A stretch of 64,000 bases of DNA from Terriglobia bacterium. GTDB lineage: Bacteria; Acidobacteriota; Terriglobia; 20CM-2-55-15. The notes under the pieces are model-generated. The model ran no database searches. It was not told where the DNA came from and saw only the letters and a list, made by a program, of their open reading frames with translations. The translations under genes and the position numbers were made by a program. Below are positions 50,373-60,130 of this stretch, piece by piece. The stretch's first letter is position 1. Every line of letters starts with the position of its first letter. The stretch lies in contig CBDAOY010000004.1 of the NCBI GenBank assembly GCA_965198225.1, positions 352,001-416,000 of the forward strand, written 5' to 3'.

Positions 50373-53131
50373 AGCGATCACGGAACACCCCGATCTTGTT
50401 CGTTGGCCTGCTCGCTTTGATTTCCTACGTGTCCGCTTCGCGCTTGCCAGTCCACGGACAGGCGACCGCCAGCCAGGACGTCGGCAATATCCACGTGATG
50501 TTTGCCGAAGGCGACACGCTCAGCTCGGACAGTCCACCCCGGTTCGATACGCAGGGGGCGGCGCGGCAGTTCTACCAGAATCACGGCGACGACTACGACA
50601 TCCTCGTGTACTTCACGAACTTCCAGACCGCCGACGACGCGGACGGTTTCTTCTACGAGACGCTACGGAACTCCACTACGGGAATCGGCGTAGAACTGAT
50701 GGATCCGTCGGACGCCCTCGCCAACTACGGAAGTGCCAGCCGCCTGCAGGGGTCGGTCTTCCAGGGCCGGCTTTCGATATACCCGGACGACGATCTGGAC
50801 GCCCCGTTGATGGATGGAAGCTCGCCAGGGCAGACCGTCACCTCGAATACCCTCCTCGGGCAGGAAGTGATGCACCGTTTCAACGCGTTCGTCCGGTTCG
50901 ATTCCGACCCCGGACCCGGTATTACTCCCAGCCGGGACATGCTGGGACGCGAGCAAGCTCATTGGAGCTTCTACCTCGAATCCCAGGCGTCGGTCTTCGA
51001 TGGGCTGCAGTGGCGGGCCGATTCGAGCACCAATTTCACCGCGATCGACAGCTTCCGCCGGTTCAGCCAGCTGGACCTCTACCTGATGGGGGCGAAGACG
51101 GCCAGCGAAGTGGAACCGTGGTTCCTCATCGACGACCCGGTTCCGGTATTCAGCGACACGGCTCAGAGTGTGACAACTTCCGGCGAATACCCCGTCGTCG
51201 TCGTTCTGAGGAACTTCGGTCCCGAGGGCTCTCTCATCGACGACGTCCTCGTCTCGAACCCGGGGACGTCGCGTGAGCAGCAATTTTCCGTCGTCTCCAG
51301 TGGCCAGGACGTGACCGATTCAAGCCTCGGCCAGATCGAGATCGGCGTCAAGGGGACGGGACAACCGCCCACCGACATCGACTTCAAAGCCGGAGACCCG
51401 TTCCTCGTCAAATACGACGCGACCGGCCCGGTTCGGCACAAGATCGGAAACAGCGACAGCGAGGGCAACGTTCAGTTTCTTACCGGAGCTACCATCATCG
51501 TCAACGGCACGAAGAAAGACATCACGATCGACGACGTCATTGCCGTGGAAGGTCCGCGCGTTCCCGACGCACAGAACGGGGCGTCCGTGCGCGCAGCATT
51601 CATCCTGCTGCAACTGCCGGGCACGTCGATCAACCAGACCGAGGTCACGAAGCTGGACAATATTCGCAAAGGCTTCACGACCTGGTTCAACGATCAGACC
51701 GGTAGCCGCTTGACGATCGATACCAGCCTGGCGCAGACGGGTGTCACGTCGTTTACGCTTCCCGACAGCGGAGGGTTTTCCGCGACGACGTCGGCCACCG
51801 CGTCCGATGTCAGCAGCGGATACGCCAGGATCCTGCCCGGCAGCGGCAGTTCGGCCCCGGCCGGCCTGGCGATCTTTGGTTTTACGGCTGGAGGCGTGCT
51901 CGTTTCCGAGGCCGGCGTTCCGGCTTCACCGCTGATCCAAAGCGGCAGGATCTATGCCGAAGTCGCGGGAGCGGTCAATACGGGTCTGGCCATCGCGAAT
52001 CCGAGCAGCCTGGTCGCAACGGTGACATTCAGGTTCACCGACGCGACCGGGACCGATTTCGGAAGTGGCACAACCACGATTGCAGCGGGCGGCCAGATTG
52101 CGAAGTTCCTGAATCAGGATCCGTTCAACAGTGGCGACAACGTCAACGGGACGTTCACGTTCAGTTCGGATGTTCCGATCTCCGTGATTGCGCTGCGCGG
52201 TTTCACGAACGAGCGCGCGGAGTTTCTGATCACGACCCTGCCCGTGGCGACGCTTTCGACGACTTCGACGGCCACCGGCCTGTTCCCTCACTTTGCCGAC
52301 GGCGGTGGCTGGACCACGCAGGTCATACTGGTCAACCCGACCGATGGAGTGCTGGCCGGCAACGTGCAGTTCTTCAGTCAGGGCGACGACACGACATCCG
52401 GGGCGCCGGCAACGGTAACGGTGGACGGCGTGGCCGCCACTTCGTTCGCCTATTCGATACCGGCCCGAAGCTCGCGCCGGTTCCCGACATCGGGCACTCC
52501 GACGTCGACCACGTCCGGTTCGGTTCGAATCGTGCCGGCAGCGGGCAGCACCACGCCGTCCGGCCTGGGCGTGTTTACTTTCAAACCGGCCGGGTTCACA
52601 GTTGCCGAAGCGGGCGTGCCGCTGCTTCAGCCCGCCACGGCCGTGCGTATGTACGCCGAGTCGGCCTCGCCGATCCAGACCGGCGTCGCGGTCGCGAACC
52701 CGTCTTCGGATCCGGCCACGGTGATCTTCGAGTTGACCACCCTGGCCGGGGTATCGACGGGGCTGACCGGGACCGCTACGATTCCCGGCGACGGCCAGAT
52801 CGCGAAGTTTCTGGACCAGATCGCGGGTTTCGAGAACTTGACCACGCCTTTCCAGGGTGTGCTGCGGATCTCGACATCCTCGACATCGGGTCTCTCTATC
52901 GTGGGATTGAGAAGCCGCATCAATCAGCGCGGAGATTTCTTGATCACAACGACTTCGCCGGTCGACGAGAACGCTGCCACCTCGACGGCCGAGCAGCTGT
53001 TCCCGCACTTCGCCGACGGCGGCGGCTGGTCGACCCAGTTCATCCTGTTCGGGGGCTCGGGAGCCTCGACGGCAGGGGAGCTGCGGTTCCTGTCTCAGAC
53101 GGGACTGTTGATTGATGTGACCTCGCCGTGA
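50369..53131 (+). CDS. Large secreted protein: metallopeptidase-like N-domain (QExxH) plus duplicated beta-rich C-terminal module
   Basis: Signal peptide; GQEVMHRF..AHWS..FSQLDLYLMG; two copies of EAGVP..TG(L/V)A(I/V)ANPS..QIAKFL..FPHFADGGGW. Confidence 0.75.
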   Translation: MKRSRNTPILFVGLLALISYVSASRLPVHGQATASQDVGNIHVMFAEGDTLSSDSPPRFDTQGAARQFYQNHGDDYDILVYFTNFQTADDADGFFYETLRNSTTGIGVELMDPSDALANYGSASRLQGSVFQGRLSIYPDDDLDAPLMDGSSPGQTVTSNTLLGQEVMHRFNAFVRFDSDPGPGITPSRDMLGREQAHWSFYLESQASVFDGLQWRADSSTNFTAIDSFRRFSQLDLYLMGAKTASEVEPWFLIDDPVPVFSDTAQSVTTSGEYPVVVVLRNFGPEGSLIDDVLVSNPGTSREQQFSVVSSGQDVTDSSLGQIEIGVKGTGQPPTDIDFKAGDPFLVKYDATGPVRHKIGNSDSEGNVQFLTGATIIVNGTKKDITIDDVIAVEGPRVPDAQNGASVRAAFILLQLPGTSINQTEVTKLDNIRKGFTTWFNDQTGSRLTIDTSLAQTGVTSFTLPDSGGFSATTSATASDVSSGYARILPGSGSSAPAGLAIFGFTAGGVLVSEAGVPASPLIQSGRIYAEVAGAVNTGLAIANPSSLVATVTFRFTDATGTDFGSGTTTIAAGGQIAKFLNQDPFNSGDNVNGTFTFSSDVPISVIALRGFTNERAEFLITTLPVATLSTTSTATGLFPHFADGGGWTTQVILVNPTDGVLAGNVQFFSQGDDTTSGAPATVTVDGVAATSFAYSIPARSSRRFPTSGTPTSTTSGSVRIVPAAGSTTPSGLGVFTFKPAGFTVAEAGVPLLQPATAVRMYAESASPIQTGVAVANPSSDPATVIFELTTLAGVSTGLTGTATIPGDGQIAKFLDQIAGFENLTTPFQGVLRISTSSTSGLSIVGLRSRINQRGDFLITTTSPVDENAATSTAEQLFPHFADGGGWSTQFILFGGSGASTAGELRFLSQTGLLIDVTSP

Positions 53132-53300
53132 GGCGATAGAGGCTTTCGGATTATTGCTCGGAGAAGGTGTCCAGCCCCACGACCGAATTAGGAGTTGGTG
53201 ATCACCGAACCGAACCTGCAATAACTGATGAACCAATTAGGAAAATGGGGGCTCTGCCCCCTTGTTTTTTTGATAGGGTGTCGGGAACGGAGGAGCATTC

Positions 53301-53996
53301 ATGGGATCAGAAACTTTGCGGGTCGGACTGATAGTTCCGTCCTCCAACACCGTGATGGAGCCGGACATGCACCGCGAGCTGGGCGATTCGTGCGCGATCA
53401 GCACTTCACGGACGATGCTCGAGGAGGCCTCGCGAGAGGCCGAAACGCGGATGCTGCAGGAAGAGCTGCCTCGCTCGATCAGGCTGATCGCGACGACGGA
53501 TCCGCATGTGACGGTTTTTGGCTGCACCTCGGCCGGGTCGTTGGGCGGCGTGGCCCACGACCGGGAGATCGGGGAGAGCATCCAACGCGAAACCGGCGGC
53601 AAGGGCGTTACAGTCGTCGCCTCCGTCCTGGCCCAACTGAAGAGACTGCGGGTTCGTCGGCTCGCCGTATTCACTCCCTATGTCGAGGAGCTAACCGAAT
53701 CCGTCACAGGATGCCTGCGCGAGGGCGACTATGAACTCGCCAAGGTCGCCGGGATGTGTCTTCTCAACAATCGCGACATCGGCGAAGTGACACCGGAGCA
53801 GATCGAGGAGTTTGTCGCCGGTCATATGGAAGGAGTAGAGGCCGACAGCATCTTCCTTTCGTGCACGAACTGGCAGGCGATTGGCGCGATCGCTCCCTTG
53901 CGTGAAAGATTCGGTGTACCAGTGGTTTCCAGCAACCAGGCCACGATCGACGCAGTCCGAGGAGTTGTTTCCGAAAGAGCTGCCGTTGAGGTGTAG
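53301..53996 (+). CDS. Maleate isomerase / arylmalonate decarboxylase family (Asp/Glu racemase fold)
   Basis: GLIVPSSNTVME, FGCTSA, LSCTN, VVSSNQA. Confidence 0.9.
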   Translation: MGSETLRVGLIVPSSNTVMEPDMHRELGDSCAISTSRTMLEEASREAETRMLQEELPRSIRLIATTDPHVTVFGCTSAGSLGGVAHDREIGESIQRETGGKGVTVVASVLAQLKRLRVRRLAVFTPYVEELTESVTGCLREGDYELAKVAGMCLLNNRDIGEVTPEQIEEFVAGHMEGVEADSIFLSCTNWQAIGAIAPLRERFGVPVVSSNQATIDAVRGVVSERAAVEV

Positions 53997-54059
53997 GTGC
54001 GGTCTATGACCGCACATTCGTCGAGCCGAAACCCTGTGCGCTCATAGAGCGCACCTACA
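53991..54059. repeat. GTAG-REP doublet supplying the upstream gene's stop codon
   Basis: GTG-TAG at 53991-53996 is both the last codons of the CDS and the REP start. Confidence 0.9.
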
Positions 54060-54065
54060 AAACCC

Positions 54066-54170
54066 ATGACCATCTACTTGATCCTCCTGTCCGCTATGGC
54101 CATCGCCTTCGTTCCCCTGATTGTGGCCCTGATCCTCGAACGCCGCGAATCCGATGAGGAGAACCGCTGA
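54066..54170 (+). CDS. 34-aa single-TM peptide, putative SSS accessory subunit
   Basis: MTIYLILLSAMAIAFVPLIVALILERRESDEENR*; TGATG overlap with the symporter start. Confidence 0.65.
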   Translation: MTIYLILLSAMAIAFVPLIVALILERRESDEENR

Positions 54171-55609
54171 TGGATGGTGTGCTCCTGGCGGCGTTCATCA
54201 TCTATTCGTTGTTCATCCTTGGAGTCGGGGTCTGGGGCTACAGGAAGGAATCGTTCTCGGCCTATGCCGTGGCGGGCCGCTCGATCGGGACTTTCCTGGG
54301 CACGGGATCGTTCATTGCGACCTTTCTGTCGGCCATCACGGTCATCGGAGTTTCCGGCTACGCTTCGCGCTACGGCTGGTCCGCCGCGGCCTTTACCTGC
54401 TACGGCTACGCGATGGGCTGGGTGCTGCTGGTCGTTGCCGCGAAGAAGATGCACCGATCCGGGCTGACCACTGTTCCGGAGTTCCTGCGCACGCGGTATG
54501 AGTCGACCGGTCTGGGAGTGTTCTCGGCCCTGGTGATCATCGGTTTGTACTCCCTGACCCTGGTCGTGCAGCTCCTGGGCGTGGCCATCACGCTCAACAC
54601 GCTCATCGGATTCGCGGTGCCAGTTGCAATTCTGCTGGTCGGGGGCATCTTCCTGACCTACACGGTTCTGGGAGGATTGGCTTCGGTCGTGCGGACCGAC
54701 ATGATCCAGGCGGCGTTGCTGGGTAGCGGCGTCCTGATCGGAGCGATCGTCGTGATCTGGAAGACCGGCTTCACGGTCATCACCGCGCCTCCCGAACATC
54801 TGTCGCGTTTCTTCGGCGGCGATGTCTTGAGTACCGGCGATCTGATAGGCTGGGCGCTGGTCTGGGGTCTGGGCATCCCGACGCAGTCCTACTACCTGCA
54901 CCGTTTTTACGCCAGCCGGAACACCGAGGTCGCCCGGATGCAGATCGCGCTGGCGAGCATCATTATTATGGTGCTCCTGCTGTCGGTGATCATATGCGGA
55001 GTCGGAGCCGGGATGCTGATCCCTGCGGATCAGGTCGGCAATGGCGCATTGCCCTATCTGTTCAAGAACGTCATCGGCGGGTGGGTCAGCGTCTTCATCC
55101 TGCTGGCGATCACCGCCTCGGTCCATTCGACGACGGACGGGTTGCTGCATGTTGTCGGCCTGTACTTTGCGGTCGACGTCTACAAGCGGGGCGAGGGTCA
55201 GGCAAGTAACGCTCGACTGCTGAGCGTCAGCCGGCGGGCGACGCTGGTATTCGGGTTGACCGTCACGTTGATCGCCACCTATATATCGCTGAATCCAGTT
55301 CCTCTCATCAGCCTGATCGCAGGTGTCGCGTGGGGCGGCATGGCGTCGACGCTCTTCGCCCCGTTGTTCTTCGGCCTGTTCTGGTCGAGAGCCACTCGAG
55401 CAGGGGCGCTCGCGAGCGCTATCGGAGGGTCGACATTCGCGGCCGCAGGCTTCTACTTGAAGCAGGCCGGCGTGTTCGACTTTCACGAAATCTATCCCGG
55501 GTTGATCGCTTCCCTGGCCTTGATGGTGACGGTGTCGCTCGCGACCCGACCCAACACCGAGCAAGTCATCAACCGGTTCTTCGCGACAAGCGTTACAACC
55601 GACGTCTGA
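54170..55609 (+). CDS. Sodium:solute symporter family protein
   Basis: YAVAGRS, TVPEFLRTRY, YTVLGGLASVVRTDMIQ, about 13 TM segments. Confidence 0.93.
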   Translation: MDGVLLAAFIIYSLFILGVGVWGYRKESFSAYAVAGRSIGTFLGTGSFIATFLSAITVIGVSGYASRYGWSAAAFTCYGYAMGWVLLVVAAKKMHRSGLTTVPEFLRTRYESTGLGVFSALVIIGLYSLTLVVQLLGVAITLNTLIGFAVPVAILLVGGIFLTYTVLGGLASVVRTDMIQAALLGSGVLIGAIVVIWKTGFTVITAPPEHLSRFFGGDVLSTGDLIGWALVWGLGIPTQSYYLHRFYASRNTEVARMQIALASIIIMVLLLSVIICGVGAGMLIPADQVGNGALPYLFKNVIGGWVSVFILLAITASVHSTTDGLLHVVGLYFAVDVYKRGEGQASNARLLSVSRRATLVFGLTVTLIATYISLNPVPLISLIAGVAWGGMASTLFAPLFFGLFWSRATRAGALASAIGGSTFAAAGFYLKQAGVFDFHEIYPGLIASLALMVTVSLATRPNTEQVINRFFATSVTTDV

Positions 55610-55615
55610 ACATCG

Positions 55616-55640
55616 GTGTAGGTGCCGCCTATGACCGCAC
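55616..55640. repeat. Single degenerate GTAG-REP
   Basis: GTGTAGGTGCCGCCTATGACCGCAC. Confidence 0.7.
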
Positions 55641-55674
55641 AGATGTAGGCCATTGAGTAATTTGGAGGTTTCTG

Positions 55675-57459
55675 ATGAATCGCATACGAGCGGGACTTCG
55701 CCTCTTGCTTCTCTTTGTCTTCGCCATCGCCTGGATGATTGCCCCGGACGCTCCCGGCCACATCGAGGCCCAGTCGGAACAGGCTGCGCCCGACGTGCGC
55801 CTCGAGCGCAACGTCCTGGTGCCGATGAGCGACGGCGTTCGCCTGGCGGCGGACGTCTACCTGCCGGAGGGAGACGGCCCCTTCCCGGTCCTGCTCACTC
55901 GCACTCCGTACAACAAAAATCGAGGCGAGCGCGCGGCGCGCCGCTACGCGGGGGAAGGCTACGCGGTGGTGGTCATGGACTCGCGCGGCATCTACGCCTC
56001 GCGTGGGGATTGGCTGCCCTACACGACCGAGGCCCAGGATGGATACGACACGCAGCAGTGGGTTGGGGACCAGGAGTGGTCGAACGGGAAGATCGGCATG
56101 TACGGGACCTCCTACCCGGGCTTTACACAGTTGCTTCCGGCCCGCTTTCGGAGCCCGTATGTGAAAGCCATCGTACCGATCGCCGCACAGTCGGACAATT
56201 TCGGGAGCATCTGGTCGACAAACGGTCTCTACCACCTGGCGCTCGGTCTGAGCTGGGGGACCCGGCAGGAGGCGATCGCCACCGAACAGACCATGCCGGA
56301 GTTGACATGGATGCAGGCGATGAACCACCTGCCGTTGAACACGGCGATGGACGAGGTTGGCGTGTATTCGGAATTCGTCGCCAACACGATTGGCCACGAG
56401 ACCTACGACGACTTCTGGCGCCAGATGAGCGTCCGCGACGACTACGCCGAGATGGACGTGCCGGCGTTCCACGTCACCGGCTGGTACGACGACCTGGTGT
56501 CGGAGACGATCCTGAACTTCACGGAAATGCGCGGGCAGTCGCGCTCCGAGCATGCGCGGCGTTGGCAGAAGCTCTTGATTGGTCCGTGGGGGCACGGTGT
56601 GCGACCGAATCCGATCTACGGCGATGCCGACTTCGGGGACGAGGTCGCTCGAGTCGACGCCTTCGACTTTCACATGCAGTGGTTCGACTACCATCTCAAG
56701 GATGTCGACAACGGGCTCGATGAAGAGGCGCCGATCCGTATCTTCGTGATGGGCGACAACGTCTGGCGCGACGAGTGGGAATGGCCGCTCTCCAGAGCCG
56801 AATCCCGGACTATGTACCTTGCGAGCGGCGGGGCGGCCAACACCCGCTTCGGGAACGGCTTGCTGAGCTCGGACGAACCGGAAGGTGCGGAATCGGATCA
56901 GTACCGTTACGATCCCCGGAACCCCGTCCCGACCTACGGCGGCCACGGTTGCTGTGGGGCGGGCACGACACCGGATGGCCCGCTGGACCAACGGGCGACC
57001 CAGCAACGCCAGGATATCCTCGTCTACACCACTGACGAGTTGACCCAAGACATCGAAGTGACCGGGACGGTCGAACTGCGGCTGTTCTTCTCCACCGACG
57101 TGAGCGACACCGACTTCTTCGTGACACTGTCGGACGTGCGGCCGGATGGCCGTGCCATCCTGATCACGGAGGGCGCACTGCGGACTCGCTTTCGGAACTC
57201 TATCGAACGCGTAGAGCTGTTGACGCCGGGTGAGATCTACGAAGTTACGATCCCGATGTGGGAGACCAGCAATGTGTTCAAGGAAGGCCACCGCATCCGC
57301 CTGCATGTCACAAGCAGCAACTTCCCGCGTTTCGCCCGGAACCTGAATTCCGGAAAGGCGCTGGGAGAGGAAGCGGAGGCCGACATCCGTGTTGCCACCC
57401 ACACGATCTACCACGACGCGGCGCGCTCCTCGGCGCTCGTCCTCCCGGTCATTCAATAA
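55675..57459 (+). CDS. CocE/NonD family hydrolase, secreted
   Basis: MSDGVRLAADVY, RTPY, GTSYPG, GWYD, GPWGH, SSNFPRF. Confidence 0.93.
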   Translation: MNRIRAGLRLLLLFVFAIAWMIAPDAPGHIEAQSEQAAPDVRLERNVLVPMSDGVRLAADVYLPEGDGPFPVLLTRTPYNKNRGERAARRYAGEGYAVVVMDSRGIYASRGDWLPYTTEAQDGYDTQQWVGDQEWSNGKIGMYGTSYPGFTQLLPARFRSPYVKAIVPIAAQSDNFGSIWSTNGLYHLALGLSWGTRQEAIATEQTMPELTWMQAMNHLPLNTAMDEVGVYSEFVANTIGHETYDDFWRQMSVRDDYAEMDVPAFHVTGWYDDLVSETILNFTEMRGQSRSEHARRWQKLLIGPWGHGVRPNPIYGDADFGDEVARVDAFDFHMQWFDYHLKDVDNGLDEEAPIRIFVMGDNVWRDEWEWPLSRAESRTMYLASGGAANTRFGNGLLSSDEPEGAESDQYRYDPRNPVPTYGGHGCCGAGTTPDGPLDQRATQQRQDILVYTTDELTQDIEVTGTVELRLFFSTDVSDTDFFVTLSDVRPDGRAILITEGALRTRFRNSIERVELLTPGEIYEVTIPMWETSNVFKEGHRIRLHVTSSNFPRFARNLNSGKALGEEAEADIRVATHTIYHDAARSSALVLPVIQ

Positions 57460-57460
57460 A

Positions 57461-57535
57461 GGGGGCAGAGCCCCCATTTGCCTCAATTCGTTTCCACTGC
57501 AGTTTCGAAATCAGGTAAATGGGGGCTCTGCCCCC
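57461..57535. repeat. Inverted doublet of the second palindrome family
   Basis: GGGGGCAGAGCCCCCATTT (57461-57479) ... AAATGGGGGCTCTGCCCCC (57517-57535). Confidence 0.8.
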
Positions 57536-57643
57536 CCTATTGAGTTATTTAGTTCTCCTCTTATTTCATTTTGCGGAACGTAACCTTTCCGCAGACCAGC
57601 GGTATTGACAGCATTTGGGCCAACCGCGTCCAGAGGAGATCCC

Positions 57644-60055
57644 ATGCTGCAATCGCTGGTTCAAGACTTTCGTTTCGCGGTCCGTACGTTTCTGAAGATC
57701 CCCGGTTTCACTCTGGTTGCCGTCCTGACGCTGGCGCTGGGTATCGGCGCCAACACGGCGTTCTTCAGCGTCATCAACGGCATCCTCATCGAGCCCCTGG
57801 CGTATCCGGATCCGGATCGTATCGTGGTGATCCGGAATACCTATGGTGGCGGTCCGTCATCCAACGCGGTTCCCGACTACATGGACCGCGTTCGGGACGG
57901 GTTGACGCTGGAAGCGGTTGCGGCCATCCGTCGAACGGACTTCAACCTCACCGGCCGAGGCAGCACGGCTCATGTGGAAGGGGCCAACGTCACGGCCGGC
58001 TTCTTCGACGTGATGGGGGTGCAGCCCCTCCTCGGGCGGGTCTTCACGGTGTCGGAGGACCTACCCGGCGCGAACGATGTCGTCGTCCTGAGTCACGGGA
58101 CGTGGCAGCTCTACTTCGGAGGAGATGGGAACATCGTCGGCCAGCGGATCGAATTGGACCAGCAGCCCTACACGGTGGTAGGTGTCATGCCCGAGGCCTT
58201 CCGCGCGCCGATGAGTGAGGCGGAAATCTGGAGACCCATCGCCTTCACCCTGGCCCAGATGGACGAGGGCAACCGCGGGAACGAATTCCTGACGAACATC
58301 GGGCGCTTTAAGGCGGAGTTCACTCTCCGGGAAGTCGACGCCGAGATGGCGACGCTCGGGGCCCGTGCGGTCGATACGGCCGGTCGGCGAAGAGACTTCC
58401 TGATCAACGCGCAGTTCAGCGCCGAAGCCGTCGCTCTGGCGGACGAAACCATCGGCGAGGCCCGGACGCCGTTGCTCGTCCTCCTCGGCGCCGTGGGCAT
58501 GGTCCTGTTGATCGCTCTGGCGAATGTGGCCAACCTGCTCCTGGCCCGCGCGTCCGGGCGCCAGCGCGAGATTTTCATCCGGACGACTCTGGGCGCGCCA
58601 CGCGGGCGGATCATCCGGCAATTGCTGACCGAGAGTGTGTTGTTGGCGTCCGCCGGAGGCGTGCTGGGGCTGCTGCTGGCCTATTGGGCTGTGCGTGCCT
58701 TTGTCGGAATGGGCCTGGAAGGTATCCCGAGGCTGGAAGACGTCGTCGTCGATCCGGCGGTGGTCGCTTTCGCCGCCGGTCTCTCCATATTGACCGGGAT
58801 CCTGTTCGGATTCGTCCCGGCCTGGTCGACATCTGGCGTGTCTCAGGGCTCGCTCCAGGAAGGCGGCCGAGGATCGAGTTCATCGGGTCGCGGTCTGCGG
58901 AACACGGTTGTCGTGATCGAAGTGGCCGTGGCGCTCATTCTCCTGGTCGGTGCGGGACTGCTGGTGGGTAGCCTTCGACAGTTATTGGAAATCAGCCCGG
59001 GGTTCCAGGCGGAGGGTCGACTCGCCTTTCGTCTGTCGCTGCCCAGCAACGCTTATCCGGAGCCGGAACAGAAGAGCGCGGTCTTCGACCAACTGATCGA
59101 ACGGATCGTCGCGCTGCCGGGGGTCCGTTCCGCGGGTTATACGACGCTCCTACCGATGGACATCCGCAACGATACGGCGACATTCCACGTTGAAGGATAC
59201 GAGCTGGCGGCAGGGGCCGACCCGCTCGGAGCGGAACTGCGTCGGATCAGCGGCAGCTACATCGAGACGATGGGCATCCCGTTGTTGCGCGGCCGCACCT
59301 TCGATCGTGGCGATACCTACGATAGCCAGCTCGTCGTCCTCGTCGATCGGGATACCGCCGCGTTCTTCTGGCCGGCTGAAGACCCGATCGGCAAGCGACT
59401 GCGCTTCGGGCATAGTTGGCGGGAAGTCGTCGGCGTGGTCGGGCGTGTCAAGAACGTGGGCCTTGATGTTGACGGACAGTTCCAGGTCTACGGTCCCATG
59501 GCGCAGGAGCCTGAAAACGACATGGTCGTGACGATTCACGCTGAAGGCGACGCTGCGGCGTTGGCCAGTGCGGCACAGGCCGAAGTTACCGCACTGGACC
59601 CCGCGCTGCCCATCTTCGATGTCCGTCTGGTGGAAGATGTTTTCAACGAGTCCCTCGCCGCCCGGCGCTATTCGATGATGGTCCTGGGTGGGTTCGGTCT
59701 GACAGGACTGCTGCTGGCGGCCATCGGAATCTACGGCGTCATCTCTTATTCCGTCCGCCAGCGCGCTAAGGAGCTCGGCATCCGAATCGCTCTCGGCGCG
59801 CAGAAAGGCGACGTCCTCCGGCTGGTGCTTGGGCAGGGGATGGGTCTGACGCTGATGGGAGTGGCGATCGGTCTGATGGGCGCCTTCTGGCTGACCCGCT
59901 TTCTGGAGTCTCTCCTGTACGGCATCACCCCTACGGACCCGATGACCTTCGCGACGATAGCGGCAGTCCTGATCGGCACTGCATTGCTGGCGACCTACAT
60001 CCCGGCTTTCCGGGCGACCCGCCTTGACCCGGTCGTGACCCTGCGGGACGAATAG
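57644..60055 (+). CDS. ADOP-type duplicated ABC permease
   Basis: QDFRFAVR..PGF..LALGIGANTA, ELGIRIALGA, LDPVVTLRDE. Confidence 0.92.
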   Translation: MLQSLVQDFRFAVRTFLKIPGFTLVAVLTLALGIGANTAFFSVINGILIEPLAYPDPDRIVVIRNTYGGGPSSNAVPDYMDRVRDGLTLEAVAAIRRTDFNLTGRGSTAHVEGANVTAGFFDVMGVQPLLGRVFTVSEDLPGANDVVVLSHGTWQLYFGGDGNIVGQRIELDQQPYTVVGVMPEAFRAPMSEAEIWRPIAFTLAQMDEGNRGNEFLTNIGRFKAEFTLREVDAEMATLGARAVDTAGRRRDFLINAQFSAEAVALADETIGEARTPLLVLLGAVGMVLLIALANVANLLLARASGRQREIFIRTTLGAPRGRIIRQLLTESVLLASAGGVLGLLLAYWAVRAFVGMGLEGIPRLEDVVVDPAVVAFAAGLSILTGILFGFVPAWSTSGVSQGSLQEGGRGSSSSGRGLRNTVVVIEVAVALILLVGAGLLVGSLRQLLEISPGFQAEGRLAFRLSLPSNAYPEPEQKSAVFDQLIERIVALPGVRSAGYTTLLPMDIRNDTATFHVEGYELAAGADPLGAELRRISGSYIETMGIPLLRGRTFDRGDTYDSQLVVLVDRDTAAFFWPAEDPIGKRLRFGHSWREVVGVVGRVKNVGLDVDGQFQVYGPMAQEPENDMVVTIHAEGDAAALASAAQAEVTALDPALPIFDVRLVEDVFNESLAARRYSMMVLGGFGLTGLLLAAIGIYGVISYSVRQRAKELGIRIALGAQKGDVLRLVLGQGMGLTLMGVAIGLMGAFWLTRFLESLLYGITPTDPMTFATIAAVLIGTALLATYIPAFRATRLDPVVTLRDE

Positions 60056-60130
60056 CTTAACGCTCAGTAAGATAGGGAGAGACTCATGCCGCCAGCTGGA
60101 ACGGGCGGCGGGAGGCGCACTGGTCCGGCT

